The notes under the pieces are model-generated. The model saw nothing but the letters and a program-made list of their open reading frames with translations. It was not told where the DNA came from and did no database searches. Below are positions 49,301 through 64,000 of a stretch of DNA of 64,000 nt, one piece after another; the stretch's first letter is position 1; each line of letters begins with the position of its first letter. The stretch is from Perna viridis (taxonomy: Eukaryota): assembly GCA_037379345.1 (NCBI GenBank), contig CM074514.1:25544001-25608000 (forward strand), written 5' to 3'. The position numbers were made by a program, and so were the translations under genes.

Positions 49301-50855
49301 ATGTTCTTGTGAAAACATTATTTGTATATATGTTCATTTACAGTGTGTATCTTGTAATCAATTTCACAGATCTATGGTCGTCACTTAAGTATCATTCTGT
49401 GTAAGAATCGGGCAATGGGTGGCACATCATTTTTTCAATTTATTCTTTTTTGACTCGGATATATTTAATACATCTGAAAAAAAAACTGAAAGGCTTTTTA
49501 AATTTATCCTGAAGCATCTGTGACATAAATATTTTTTTACTGCTTATGTAGGGAAAAAGTGTGGGAAAATTTTGCAGCCATATTTTGATAGTGTATTTCA
49601 ACTACATTTGACCTATCAATATCTTAAGTAGCTGTCTTTGTAAGAATCATGCAAAATCTGAAATATGTGATACACCCTAAAAAAGGCTACATATTTTTAT
49701 TTTTGTAATTAAGTTGTTTTATGGGTCTATACTATGAAATGTGTAATTATTCATTTAAATCTGCCTGCTCTTAGGGGATAATCAACGTTGAAAATCCAGT
49801 AGATTCTGTTGTATTTGAGCTTCATTTACAGAGTTATCTCCCTTAATTTTGAAATCTACAGTGCATTCTATATGATTTTTATCTCCTAAGAGCACGGGTT
49901 ATATAAAAAAACAGATATTAATTTCTGTTTATTATGACATTTTAAACAAAATATCAAAAATAAAAATATGTAGGCTTTTTACCCATGAATCACATTTTGC
50001 ATGATCCTTAGCTGGAGTGCTGCTTAAAAAGGCAAACTTTACAAACACCTTAATGGATATTCCTTGAGGATATGATGTATTAATCCTTGGATAATGAAAT
50101 TATATCTCTGTGTTTTTTTTTTCATGTGCCACACCTTACACACGTTTTGCCTGATTCTTAGACAGTGTAGTACCAAAATTGATAAGTTTAGAATACACTG
50201 CATACATTGTACAGCTTCTATCCATGTGTGTGCAATTCCTGTATTAATTTCCATGCAAAACATGTAATGCCAAATTGACAACAGTCTTTGTTTATGAATT
50301 CAAACATAACATAAACTTGGTATACAGTAAAGTGTCGTCACATTAGGGATTGACACAACTTTGGTGTACTATTACTGTTACTGTGTGAGACACATACTAT
50401 ATTTTTACTAAAACTTTGATATTTTAAATTTTAGATTTGTTTAACACTTTAGGATGAACTGAAGGTGTCTTTTGAAAATTTGTATATACCTATACCCAAT
50501 CAGTGAAGTTTGGGGACATAGACATGAAGATATCCAGTTAACATGTTAGTTACACACTGCAGGTTTACATGAATATGTGTATTGAAGAATTCTTTTTTTA
50601 TGTAGATTTGATCACATAGTTTATCAGTAACTTTAATACTTTTGTAGACTTTTTTTAGGATTTACAAATATAGATGTACATGTATACATGTAATTTGATT
50701 TTACAATGTACTTTTTGTTTTTCATTAGGTCTAGATTACACGAGTTGTTTTTTTTTTAATTTGATTTCTGTAAATTTCTTTTGAATAGTGCCAGCGGTGA
50801 GACATTTCCTGTCACATCAGGCATACAGAATGTAGTTCAAGATTCTAACATTGCC

Positions 50856-53800
50856 ATGCCTTTCCAACAAATTGCTGTGCATCCTATTGATGAGAAAGAT
50901 TCCAAGAAGAAAGATGTAAAGGTTCATCCGTCACCAACTAAGAAAAACTATGCTAAGGTAATTAATAAAGTTCACTACAAAGATACAACATTTGATTTAA
51001 TGGTGTGAGGGATTGTTTGAAGAATTTTTAATTAAATATGTGACTTGGAGCTCTTTCAAAATAAATATTTTGATCTTGAATATATCAGTGAAAACATTTT
51101 GATCCTTTCAAATCATTCTGATCTGAAACATTATGCTTTTACATATAAGAAATAATTTGATTTCATGTATGTGAAAAAAATGGTGAGAAGAAAATCAGTA
51201 TTTTTTATCCTTAGATATCATCCAAGCCTTCCCCCACTTTCAATATAAAATGGTCAATCCTCTAAATACACTAATCTAAGCAATGATCCATGTTAACGAT
51301 AAAAAGATGTAAAGGGGAATTTTAGTACATATTTTCACACAATGTAGTTGTTTTGTAGGCTACAATGTAGCGTTATACATGTACATGGGTAGAAGTACTG
51401 TTTTCCTTATTAAACCTTAAAATGTAACCTAATGAAAGAGTAATCAAGGGAACCAAGGTTATAGCGGTAATCAAAAGAATGTAATCCAGGTACAAAGACC
51501 AGACATGGAAAACAGACATACACAATAAAGAACATAAAGTAACTAAAATCATACATACAAAGTGACAAAAGCAAATAAGCAATCGGACTCCACTAAAAAC
51601 TGGGAGCATGGACCAGGTGCACCGGTAGGGTAATCCTCCTCTGCTTTTCTAGAAACACCCACCGACTTGCTCATAAAAAGTCAAGTCCGGGTAGACAAAC
51701 AAGGAAAGGAAAACTAAATACACATTTGACCACAAGACAAATATTTGGCCCATTGAATTTTAAAAAGAAATATTGGTTTCAAATTGGCTGAATAAGATTG
51801 CATTTTTGATAAAAAGAAATTGAACTATTAATAACCTTAAAATGGCTAGTTTTACTAGCAAATTTATTCTAAATTTGATATTAGATAGGATATGCATGAG
51901 GTGGTATTCTGCTTCTTGATGTGGTGTTGGTCAATTAAGATTTTCTATAACCAAGAGATTTTCATTTTCATTGGTCATTCTTTCTATCAGTTATTGGACA
52001 TACTTTTCTTTATTATATAGAAAGCAGTGATTTATTGAATGTTCCCTGTGTAAAAAAAAATCGATAATTCACACTGTGAAATAAATTTGGTAATATCTCC
52101 CTTCAAAATATCACATGATGATCATCACAAATATCAATCTGCTGATCACAAAATTTAAAACTAATGTTGAAAATAGCAATAGGTTACGAAGAAAATCTAT
52201 AAAATGAATAAGATTATCAATTGATTATCCTGTATAACCAAAATATAATCACTTGTGCCAAGAATGCATTAAAATTTAACTTGACAAATCTAGACATTCT
52301 CTGACAGTCTTGATCATATTTTTTTTTTTCACTCTTTCCAATTTAATATCCCATTATTGTAAAGTATTACTTAATTTGTTCAAAAGCATAAATCTGGACA
52401 GTTTTTATCATAATATTTGTTCTCCTTAATTTATTGATCAACATTTTCACTGCAAATGAGATTTTAAAAACAACTTGATTAGTTTACGACTATTTGTTAT
52501 TGTGGAAAATGTAACCTTATGTTAGATGTAAGAACACTTATCAGTATTTTTAAATAATGAATAGGTTGAATAACAACAGTGGTTCGCTGAATAAAATAAT
52601 CATAACTTTTTTATGTTCCTAATGTTTTCTCCTTATGATTATGTAAAAATGAATGGGGACAATTAAATATATTCATATTACATTGCAATTAGACCTGTAA
52701 GACAAAATAAAACTGTTGCCAACATCATTTTCAAGATTTTATATGATTTTAGAAACAATCCATATTTAATATTTAATAACTGTGCCTAAATGAATTGAAT
52801 AGAAAAAGCTTGGGTGAAAAGACAGATGGCACGCACTTTTGTCAGTTACCGGTAATACCATAGTAGTTTTATCCTGTTGATCATCACTACATATGATGCA
52901 AAGTTTTATTTGAATTTCAAATTGAAATTATTTTCAATTTTTGGTAATTAATTTTAAAACTACCCCATTTGCTTAGTCATGTGGTCATGGTTAAGGGTTA
53001 GTCAGATATAAGATAACAAAAGACAAGACATATTAACTACATAATAAATGTACATATAACCCCATCAGCCTAAGTAGGGGTTAGTTTTATAAATCATATT
53101 TTTACTTTTAATTCAAATTTGAAAAAAAAAAAATATGTACATTCTTTCGCTTTATAGAATTGAAATTAGTCTTAAAAAAACTTTAATAAGGTTAAGGCAT
53201 TTACCAAAAATGCAAAAATTATTTTTGATAATTTTAAAACAAATTTATAGTGATATCATTTATGTTTTCTATTCAATAGTTTTTTTCATTGCAATGGCAA
53301 ATAAAAACATAAATAAATGAGGAGGATAGTCATATTCATTGCTTAAAGGAACTGCTATTTATTTGCTAACTGTGAAATTTGAAGGTGTCATCACAAGTAG
53401 AGATTGTTAAGGACCTTAAACCATGTTCAAGTTACTCATTGTCTGCTTTATCTTGCTTTTTGTTTTATTGCCTCTTTAAGAGAGAGTTCTTTGGAAGGAG
53501 GTTTAAGGCCATTATACATGTTCATGTATTTTGATACCTCTCACATCCATTTTATATCATGAATTCTGCCTAGATATTGACCATTGATACCGATATTATC
53601 TTTAGTTAAAATTGCATATTGATTTTTTCTAAATATTTAACTGAACATACACAATATTGTGTATTCATGTCAAATTTGTGAGCATGATTTAATACTTCAA
53701 CTTGTCATAGCCATGTATTAAACTTAAAGGTTTGTAGTGATATAAAATCAATCTGACAAGGCTAGAAGCCTTAGAAGATGTTCTGTGTGGTGATTATCCT

Positions 53801-56800
53801 ATTTATGGCAGATATGAAAAAAAGTAATGAATTATTTTTTGTTATTAACTTATCTTTTCAAAACACTTTCAGGCAGAAGATAAGCTACCTTTTGATTGTT
53901 CAGAGGTAGTCTAGGGTCAAATTTGAAACAAAAAAAGCAACATCTAAATTTAAAAAGAATATATATATATATATTGAGTGTAAATGAAAAGTTCAGGTCC
54001 TAATGACAATAACCATTTGTTTCATGGTTAGTTGTAGGAATAGTTTTTTCAAACTATGTGTTTTAAGATACATGTACATCTACTTTGTAATGATATGATG
54101 GGATCTTTTTTTAAATATATACTAATGCATGTACATGTACATTTTGACATCAAGGAGAGTTAATGTCATAAAAGAAAAGTGTCAAGGGATAGTGAAATTA
54201 CAAAATTATGGAAACAGAATTTATTTTGCATTTGATTTATGGAAATTTATTACAGAGGGGAATGTGGTAATTCACTGCTATTTATATTAGTACACATCAT
54301 TAAAGCAAATATATTCATAAAATTTTAATTTCTGCAATAACAAATGTACTTTAAAAAATATGATAAGGCCAAGGATTGTAACATGCATTAAGTCATTTTC
54401 ATGCATTGTTCTGATCACATTACATAACTACCTATGTGTAAGTATATCCTCCAGATAAAATCACTTTTATATTAGGGAAATTAAATGTCCAACAGTCACG
54501 TTTTATTATGTTTTTGAGTAATTAAATGTAGCAACATGCAGATTTTTTCAAGACAGGTTGTGTTTACATTCAGTAAAAAATACACACATAAACTATATTA
54601 CATAAAATGTTTCAATTGATAATGTAGTTTTGCACATGCCTTAAAGGTTCAAAGTCTATACTCTATGGATACTATTCTTCTGCCCATTAAAACCTAACTT
54701 CTATTTCTTTGATTGTTCAGTCGTTCTTGATCCTGAATTGCATGAAATATCTGCCATGTGGTGTTAAACCATAATCAATCAATTAATCCTTTCCTCCCCA
54801 TTAAAACCAACTTTTATATATTTTTAAGATGTCTGGTATGCCATTTGAAATGAATCACTGTCATTTAAAAGGGTATTGGACACATGAACCTTTTGTTCAT
54901 TTTTATCACTTTTAAGCTTTCTATTGTCAATCAAATGTGCAGGGAATATTCCATATACTGATATTTCATGTCTATATATAAATTGTTTCATAGACATAAT
55001 CTGCATCAAAGAAAAATGTTACCTTTAAATAGCATCATAAAGTTGAAGAAAGGAACTTATCACCTAGGGGACATAATGTCTAATTTACTTATTGATCAAT
55101 AATGATCTTATTATTATAACTTATATCAGTTTTGGCAGGTATGATTAATGTGTTATAGTTGATTGTATACATTTAGAGTAATGTTGTTGGTAGCCAATCA
55201 GTAGACCTACAAATTACCTAATTTAGATAAGGTAAACTAAAGCTAAGCCAGCTACAAGGTTGGCTATGTTCCAGTACAGAAGGTAAAACAGTCTTTTGAT
55301 CAGAATTTTGCTTTTAGGGTCATATATTGTATCATCATTCATGGCCATTTCCCCCCCCCCCAGACATCTGTTTTACTATCTGTAGTGTCCTTGAAATTCA
55401 TTGTTATTGACAGTTGATTTTAGATATTGTTTTGATGATGACCTTTTGATGAAGTCTGTTCTAAGAATGCATGATCCAGAGGTTTCATTAAGAACCGGCT
55501 ACTGTCAAAATGCAGACAACTCAAAAAGTGGAAATTAACAGTTCAAAATCACAATAGGCCTTATTCCCCCTTTTATACATTTTGAAGGTGTAGATGGTCT
55601 ATTTTCTCCATTAAGCCTGAAGAGATAATAAAAGCCCTGTCTATGCTGTACTGTTCATTACTGGTTAATCAGAAAAAGATACTTTACAATTTTGAAAAGT
55701 GCATTTAAATTTCTCTGCAATTGTTTAAACCTTATAAATATAATGAGTCATGAGATTTGAAGATAGTAAGTTTTGACTAAGATGAACATAGGTATAGTAT
55801 TGGGTCAATTGTCTTCTGGTCATTTTCTCCATATCTTTTCTTCTGCGCCGTGTTCATGGAAATGATTATTAATTACCTATGAAACCAATTTCAGCTGAAT
55901 GCTTACAGGCATTTGTACTTGGTTTGGTAATTGACCGTAATGAAAAGACAAATCTGTTACATGTTATCCCAACCACATCATAAATTACTAGTAAAGTATA
56001 CTACCTTAAAAATTATAAATACTGAGGGGGGAAACTGCCTGTCAGTGTGGGGAAATACATTTGTACATGATAATGCTAAATAATTATAAATACTAAAATT
56101 TGAAATAATCGCAAATGCCAAACTTTGAACATTTCACAATGTACATGTATGTATATTTATATTTCCACTAAACAAGTAGGTGGTAAATTGGAAACACCTT
56201 GTCCATCTATTTGTCAATCATTCCTTTCTTCAATCCAGATTTTGTCACAATTATCTCAACTTATTTTGAATTTGGTATATGGCTTTCTATAGATGGGGCA
56301 TGCATTGTAGGCAAGTTGGTATGTGGCTTTCTATAGATGGGGCATACATTGTAGGCAATTTGGTTGCTGTCTGATATTAATTGCTTGTAGTTATGTTCTA
56401 CACATCAATGTGTGCAATTTCATGTCTAGACTTCATCTTTGATTGTGGCCATGCCCAAATTCTTAAATAATCAGTTTGTCCTTTATTTGTGAAACAAATT
56501 TCAGACCATGTCCTAATCTATTAGGGAAACTTAGATTCCCTAGTATCCATGTTGTTGAAAATCATGTATAATAGTTTCCAAACACCTTGACAACTTTTTT
56601 ATTTTTAGTTCTTGACTTGATTTTTATGTTTTGCTAACATATCACTTCAAAATTCAAATGCTAATTGAGTTTTCTATAGAGAATCGTACTTCAAGGTTTA
56701 ATTGTTTATAGAATTAAATTCATTAATAATATATTGTGTCATAGGATATATGCTACATTTTATAAATGTAATAACTATTAAAACCAAGAAAAAATGTTAT

Positions 56801-59088
56801 AACACTTGTACGAAAATTAAATTAAGTGTGAAATTATTGGTGTTTGTCATAGTTAAATCATTCAGTAACTTTCTTGATCTGCCTTTGTATAAATAAATCC
56901 ATTGAGTTATTACTTTGTCCGAAAGAAACATTTTGTAAATATTTATTTCTAAATATAAAATATAAACTGTTCCTTTGGTGAAGATGAATTGTTATGAAAA
57001 AAAGTAGTTTCATATTTTCTTGTAATATAATACATTTTATTTAAATTTTGCTGGTTTCATGTTTATATACATCTCATTTTGTTATTCAGATATGTTCTAC
57101 TTATTTATTTGAATGAAATGGTATAAGTACTGAAAAAGTCATTTTTCTTAGTTACATTGTCATTTTTTTGTGACTACAAAAAAATTGCAATCATATGATG
57201 TTATGGCACAGTTGTTGGCATCGTCTTGGTCCTTGTGGTCATCTGGGGACACTTAGTTTAGGTGTGATGACTTTAGTTGTAGTTGACCACTTGTCTAAAA
57301 TTTTGATATGATTTTATTAACCACTAAAGGAAGGTTCCTATTTAATTTGGACTTTGTGGCCTGTTTTAGATAAAAGGGGTCTAAATGGGTAAAACAGGTT
57401 TTATATTAAAACCCCTGTAGAATGTTTGTTTTTTTTTCTGATTTTTATAACTCTTTTTTTATTTGTTATTCTTATTTCATTCTGATAAAACAAATGTATG
57501 AGTAGATTTGACAAGTTTAGGATTGTTTTTGGTCAAATGGGCCACACCCGACAAAATGAACTTTCATTTTTGTTCTGAGTTTGAAAATTCTTACAGTAAT
57601 TGAATTTAAAATTTTGTGCAATATAGTGATCAAACCATTTGTTGTGTCCATAATAAACTAAGTTCTTATGTCTTAGTGCATGTGTCAAGAACTAGTATTG
57701 TGTCTACTCTTGCCCCAACTGTTCAGGGTTTGACCACTGGGATCATATCATGCTGGGTTTGGTGAAGCTTATTATTGTTGTATATTTTGGACATAGAGGG
57801 CTTACCATACATGATTTTATAAAGGAATTGCCTCTTTTCAGAAATTATTGATAAATCAGGATTGGTTTTAGATTTTCTTTTAAGGTGTCTTGATAATTTT
57901 GTATGTCATTACTGGGGGTATATTTTTAATGTAACTAGGAAGTTGTTAAATCTACATGTATTTGATTATTGATTTTTATGTTTATACTCTTATCACCTTC
58001 ATGGTACATTTTACATGTATACTCCTATCCATTGGTTTAGGATAACTGGCAATGCTTATTGTTATATGGTATGCTTCCATCTGTTGGTATATATCATAAA
58101 ATCATTCATGAACTATTTCTGTATGACTTTCTATTTCTCATTTATTCAGAAGTCTTTGACTAACATCAAAATTACCTCTAATGAGGTATGTACATTAATA
58201 CATGTACCGGTTTCCTGCCCTGCTATTTTGTGACAATTTTATGTGTAGTTTACTCGCAGATAAAACTGTGTAGCATATTCTTTGATTAAAAGGAATACTT
58301 AATTAATACAAAACATATTTCTGCGCTATTTTTTGCCTTTGCACACTAATATGATACCATTAATATGGTTTTTGCACAATTTTCAATGATTTCTTAATGA
58401 AACTTGGAGGTTCGCAGGTGGGTTTTTATGCAAAAAATATCAGCCACAATCTTTACCAAACTACATGTATTTTGTTTTAAGTCAACAATAGACTTTCATG
58501 TTTAAGGTATCTTTTGTTGTTGCAGGTTTTAAATAATTTTTGCAGAGGAATAATATGCTATGAAATAAAATATTTTTTCTTTAATTTGGTCTAATGATCT
58601 AATTTTGGTTTCATTTTTGCTTTGGTCTTTATGTTTTTAATGCATGAACTGGAAAAAGATTTTGTTACACAATTAGGCATTTGTATAACCCAATACAATT
58701 TAAAATCCTTCTTGAATTGACAAAGACTGTTTTTCAGAGCCATTTTTTTATCAAACCAAACATCCCTCTTTATTATATGTAGTTCTACAATGTATTTCAG
58801 GAGACAGTACCACAAGTTGTGACATCTCCTACTCCAAAGCCTGCCGAAAGATGTGATACTAGGTTGTCAATGACCTCCTCAGTGGGGGATACCTGCAGGA
58901 TATGTCACTGCGATGTGTCAGAATATGATGAAAATTCTGCTATGATATCACCGTGCCTTTGTGCTGGGAGCATGAAATTTGTTCACCAAGCATGTCTACA
59001 AAAATGGCTTAAAAACTCAGACAAGAAATCTTGTGAACTTTGTCATTTTGATTATAAAATGACCACAAAGCTTAAACCATTCCCAAAA
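50856..59088 (+). CDS. MARCHF8: MARCH1/8-type RING-CH E3 ubiquitin ligase, first two coding exons (50856-50957, 58801-59088); gene continues past the window
   Basis: N-terminus MPFQQIAVHP resembles MARCH8 MPLHQIS. RING-CH CRICHC...SPCLCAGSMKFVHQACLQKWLK...CELC. Phase-0 GT-AG junctions. Probable non-coding exon 1 ends at AAG|gtaaag 48078. Confidence 0.85.
51435..51715 (-). mobile_element. Short 3'-end copy of the Penelope-like family
   Basis: Close match to about 26967-27245 (agagtaatcaa...ccaggtgcaccggtagggtaa...aagtcaagtccggg). Confidence 0.8.
56272..56363. repeat. Two-copy ~44-bp tandem duplication
   Basis: ttggtat.tggctttctatagatggggcat.cattgtaggcaa occurs twice. Confidence 0.85.
57170..57775 (+). 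mobile_element. Degenerate family B non-autonomous repeat
   Basis: Colinear with 25310-25585, 26009-26125 and 28544-28690 (for example cccaact.ttc.gggtt.gaccactg). Confidence 0.55.
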
Positions 59089-59189
59089 GTAAGTGCTTTT
59101 ACAATATTTACTTAGTAAAGGTATGTTCAGTAAAACCTGTCTAAAGCAGTCATCACACATCAGTTCCAATGTGAACACCTGTTTAAATA

Positions 59190-59394
59190 CTGTGAAAGTA
59201 CTATTGTTCGTGGGGTACCAATTTTCGTGGTTTCGTGGGTAGGCTAAACCAGGAAATATGGTTCCTAACGAATAGTAGATTCCCATTTTATGTATATACT
59301 GGAACTTTAAAACAATGAATTCAAGAATCCATGAACTTGTGTTTCAACCCTGATCCAGGAAAATTGGTATCCAAGTAGAAAAGTACTTTCACAG
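59190..59394. mobile_element. Tc1/mariner-type MITE with TA TSD
   Basis: TA-CTGTGAAAGTACT ... AGTACTTTCACAG-TA. Confidence 0.8.
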
Positions 59395-60898
59395 TAGAAC
59401 AATTAGTCCAAATGGAGTTCAGTTTGAACAGGTTCCATTGTTTAAAAATTCATCTGAAGAGTTCAAGATTGAGTAAATCATTCAGTGCATAAAAAAACAC
59501 AGGAAAAATACATAAGCTCGAGTGGTCGGCTCTCTGAAGAGAAAACTCGACATAAATATACTTACATCACACACATTGGTCAAAGAAAATCTTAACAAAA
59601 TATGTCTTTTACCAATATTTATTATTTATAAGTAAAGTGGCTATGTCTAATGACAGAGCTTGCTTATTATCATGTATTCAATGGCAGAAGAAAAGGTTGG
59701 ATTTCCCACGTTAACATTTAGTCCTCTATTTAATACCAATTCGATAAATCATTCATATGGGATTTAATGTACACTTCATTATTTCCTGAAATAGATCATG
59801 TCTTCTTTTTTTTTCAGCGAGTCTTTTTCAGTCTCAAATTGTATTTTTTTTCATGTCGTAACTATTGATTTATATATAAAAAGATTAATGAACATGATAA
59901 TGTGTTTGTAAAGCAAGTGAAATTTACTTTGATATTGATTATTAGAAGCCTGTATTCTCATGTTACTCAGGCTGTTATTGATAACACCTTTCAAATTTTA
60001 GTACAGGTACGCCTAAGAACCTTGCAAGTAGAGAAAAAAAGGTGACATGTCAAAAAGCTTTGTCAACTTCCATCATAACATTAAATCTTCTCAAAAGCAT
60101 CATTTTTTTTTCTAAAATTGCCAATGAAAGTTGTATCTTACATGTATGTTGGGTAAGTAATGGAATTACTTTAAACATTTTAGTTACATTTATCTAAAAA
60201 AAACTTTTCCCACTATTTTTTTCGATACAGATTACTATATAACCAGACAAATTTTTTCCTTCTTTTTCCCAATCTCCGTCTTTACTATTTTTTGTTTTAA
60301 AAGGACAAATGGGAAATACTGGATACAATTACACTATTAGGAAAATTATGGACTGCATGATTTTTAGGGGAACTTATACTTAAATTCCATGAACAGCATT
60401 GGTATATGTTATTTGCCACTTAGCATAGAAATCTTCAAACTTTAATTTGGTATCAATATTTTTTTTTGTTTATCTCAATATCATAGCTTTGGTTGTTATG
60501 AATTTATAATGAATATATATAGGTTCATAGAAATTGATTCTAATGAGTTAGTTCTTAAATGGTTCTTCAGTTCTCATTCCATCAGTAATACCATTTTCTC
60601 CAAAAGACATCACATCAATTTATTCTATTATTTATTACATGTATTGCCATGCAACAACATTTTTTTTAAAGCATATAACTATGATATAATGCCTATGCCA
60701 CACTGGTTTTAATATGGTTTTACATGCGTGATACCATTTGGAACTAAAGAACCAATTCAAATTTAAAAAAATTAAGAATTTGCAGTACAAATGACTTATA
60801 TGATCATTACAACTCTAAATTTTAACTGTATAACAATCTATGTGGTTTAATATTCATCAATGACCCTAACTTTTAACCTACAATTTTTCCTTCCTTTT

Positions 60899-61965
60899 TT
60901 AGCTCGCTTGGCCATAGGCAATGTGAGCTATTGCCATCATTTGGAGTCCATCCTCGTCGTCTGTTTTGTAAACAATTTTTCAAAACACTTCTTTGAAACT
61001 ACGGGATCAATCAGAACCAAACTTGGTATGAATATTCCTTAGGGTATCCTGCATAGAACTGATGTGGGGATTTTTGAAAACATAGTCGCTGTTTCGAAAA
61101 ATAAAACTATGGGGTAAAAAAATAGAACTTAAGGGTCAGACAGAAGTTTTTCGCATATATATCCAAATTTAGGTTTGGCTAAATTGTGATGGGGTACAAG
61201 TGTTCAGCATGATGAAATCTATATCTGGTAAAATTTTCATTTAAAACTGTCAAGCCATGTTTGAGTTACTGCTCTTTTTTGACATTTTTTCCTTATTTTT
61301 AATGTTATTTCTTTAAAAAAATATTCTTTGAAACTATTAGACCCTTACTTTTAACCTACACAAATATATTTTTCCTCTCTTATTTAGCTCACCTGTCCAT
61401 AGGCCATGTGAGCTATTGCCATCACTTGGTGTCTGTTGTCGTCTGTCTTGTTAACAATTTTTCAAAACTCTTCTCCTTTGAAATTACAGATCAAACAGAA
61501 CCAAACTTGGTATGAATGTTCCTTAGTGTGTTCCTTGAATGTGGGTTTTTTTGATCCATCGAAAAACATGGCCCCATTACTAAAAATAGAACATAGGGGT
61601 CAGACAGGTGTTTTTTGCATATACATATATCTGCAAAATCTTTAGGTTTAGCCAAATTCTATCAGTTGCCAAAATGATCCTCATTATAAGGCCTACAAAA
61701 GTCTGCATTGAGTCAAAGTTGTCAGATAACTCCTTGTTAGAGTTCTTGCCCTTGAAAGGTGAAACTTTGTGTTTGTTTTTAGTTTTCAGCCAATATCTTG
61801 AAAACTATGATAGATAGAAAGAAACTTTCAATTGCTGAAATGATCCATATGATAAGGTGTACATAAGTGTGTGGAGACCAAAGTTGTCAGACGACTCCTT
61901 GTTAGAGTTATTGCCCTTGAAAGGCAAAAATTTAAGCAATTAAGTGATTCCTGGGAACCTCTTGT
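60899..61965 (+). mobile_element. Two tandem family A Helitron-associated repeats
   Basis: Heads ttagctc...atgtgagctattgccatca at 60899 and 61384; end aagtgattcctgggaacctcttgt near 61965; same family as 25587 and 26126. Confidence 0.7.
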
Positions 61966-62379
61966 TTAAAAAGGTATTACTGATGCCTTTTTTTTATGTC
62001 GCTCCCAAAAAAAAAGAAAAAACCCTAAATGACAAACAGAAGTAAGAGCTCAGCAAACATGCAAGAACTAGCATGAATTGTAATAGCCTACTGAAATTCT
62101 AATTATCATTAAAAATAACACATTCTCATAATTTAAGTTCACAGCAAAACAGGAAGCAGTTGATAGTCAATGCAAATAATAAACATATAGTAGTTTTCCA
62201 TTTCATTTATTGCACTAGTACAGTAAGCTGTTACAGATAAACTTTTACAACATACTTTATAACCATAGATACATATATGTTTGATAAGACACATGGCATG
62301 AATACAAAGGTATGAAATAACACAAAAAATGTAAGTTTTAGATCCAACAAAAATGTCTAATGGTAAAGAATTATGGAAT

Positions 62380-62725
62380 AATGAAGTACTCAGGTATCAA
62401 ATTGTGAAGGATTCTGGAATACATGTAATTGGGTGTTGGAATGTGATAGTTTTTAGATTACAGCTATTTACTTGTAAGTGTCAGATTGTAAAAGATTATG
62501 GAATTGGAAGGGTTTTGGATACATGTATGGAATTTGGGAGGGTTCTGAAATACAGTTTACTCAGGTGTCAGATTATAAGAGTTTCTGGAATACAGGTACT
62601 CAGGGGTCAGAATATAAAGGTTTCTGGAATGCATGTTATTAGGAGTCAGATAGATTACACTGTAGGAACTGTAGTACATGTAAGAATCAGACAGTTTCTG
62701 TAGTAACAGCTAGGTTGTGGAATCC
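62380..62725. repeat. Degenerate minisatellite of roughly 35-40 bp
   Basis: Recurring tactcagg.gtcaga.tata...gtttctggaat.ca units. Confidence 0.65.
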
Positions 62726-63194
62726 CCTTGTCTGTCTGTCCAAATTTCAATGCAGTTATCTTGACTCACATTTGATGTCTTACTTTCACATTTGGTATGT
62801 GGTTTTATATATATATATATATATTAGGCATACATTGTTAGTGACTTTGGTCGCTGATGGATATGAACTTCCTGAATGAGTGATGATATACTTAGCACAA
62901 CAGCGTGTGCCACTTCATGTTATTGATTAAATTCCAGTGCATTCAACACATCTCAGAAACCATCCTTTTATGCCATTTTTTGCAGATTTGGGATGGTAAA
63001 GAAATATTTAAGATGTTAAAATACACTGAATGATTTCTCTTTAACACACTATCTGAAGACTTTTTTTTGTGCTAGAATGTGTGTTAAATGTTTTCTAGGT
63101 GTGTTGAATGCATTTAAAAAAAAAAAACATTTTTGTTAATATGTCACATTCTGCCTTAAACTGACTTAATAATATAATATATTTTTAGGTTCAA

Positions 63195-64000
63195 AGTCAA
63201 TTTAAAAGAGATTATTTCATATTGACCATTCTATACTTATGCAAAAATTAAAATTATAGGGCTTGACAAAAACAGTGTAAACTTTTTTTAATTTTATTTG
63301 GAAAATAGAACCCAGCAATTTCAAATAGGGAATGTTAAGTGAAAAAAAATTCCCAGTGGAGTATGGTGTACCTCAAGGATCAATTCCTGGTCCTCTTTTA
63401 TTTATTTTATACATAAATGACCTTCCACTTCACATAAAAAATAGTAATACTGATCTTTACCGACCTAACAATTTATTTATCTTGAAAAGATATAATCAAA
63501 ATAAAAACCTAAAATACAACAAGACCTAGTGGAAATGGAAAAATGGTGCGAAAGTAATAAGATGTTTATAAACTGTGCTAAAACAAAATGTATGTTAATT
63601 GGAACTAGACAGAAAATTTTGTTACAAAGTGATGCTCCATCATTTACAATAAACTCTAATATTATTCAAAACTCCAGTTGTGAGAGGTTACTAGGTGTTA
63701 TGATAGATCCTCAATTATGCTGGTCAAAGCAGATAGAAGATGTATGTCTAAAAATATCCAGTCACATTTATCTGCTATCTTAGATAAAGAAATTTCTAAA
63801 TCTTGATTCAAGGAAACTTTTTTATTCAGGTTATATTTTACCTCTTATTAATTATTGTATAGTCTTTTGGGGAAACTGTAGTCTGGAAAATATGGGCTGC
63901 ATTTTTAAACTGCAAAAAAGTGCTTCAAGACTAATCCTTGATATAGATTTCCTTGCACCATCTGCCCCCTTGTTCAAACAATTAGAATGGTTGACAGTTG
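63195..64000 (+). mobile_element. Decayed L2/CR1-type LINE reverse transcriptase in the MARCH intron
   Basis: GVPQGSIPGPLLFILYINDLP, KWCESNKMFINCAKTKCMLIG, LLGVMIDPQLCW; stops and frameshifts; runs off the window end. Confidence 0.85.

Overview
AT-rich, intron-containing animal DNA; the repeat families suggest a bivalve mollusc (inference). Host genes in order: the last two exons of ATAD5 (+); a complete 22-coding-exon SEC24C/D gene (-, 6736-21556); a two-exon FUT10/FUT11-type fucosyltransferase (+, 22506-29058) head-to-head with it; and the first coding exons of a MARCH1/8 RING-CH E3 ligase (+, 50856-59088, continuing beyond the window). Between FUT and MARCH lies a GC-rich Polinton/Maverick endogenous virus with both ends intact (30062-43226; AGTAGT termini, 144-bp TIRs, AGACTC target-site duplication). 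It encodes a protein-primed PolB, a truncated cysteine protease, a fibre-like protein, a Zn-ribbon/PLA2 protein joined to a chromo-integrase, a packaging ATPase, major and minor capsid proteins, core proteins and a putative OB-fold protein. Many of these genes are disabled by stops, frameshifts and a MITE. The most interesting signal is an apparent viral transcription programme. A TATARATAAATG initiator precedes the structural and morphogenesis genes. A different promoter embedded in the TIR serves both terminal genes, hairpins sit at both convergent gene junctions, and an intact multi-zinc-finger ORF has a VLTF2-like CxxC...FCSxxC domain. All calls come from reading the sequence; no database searches were run.
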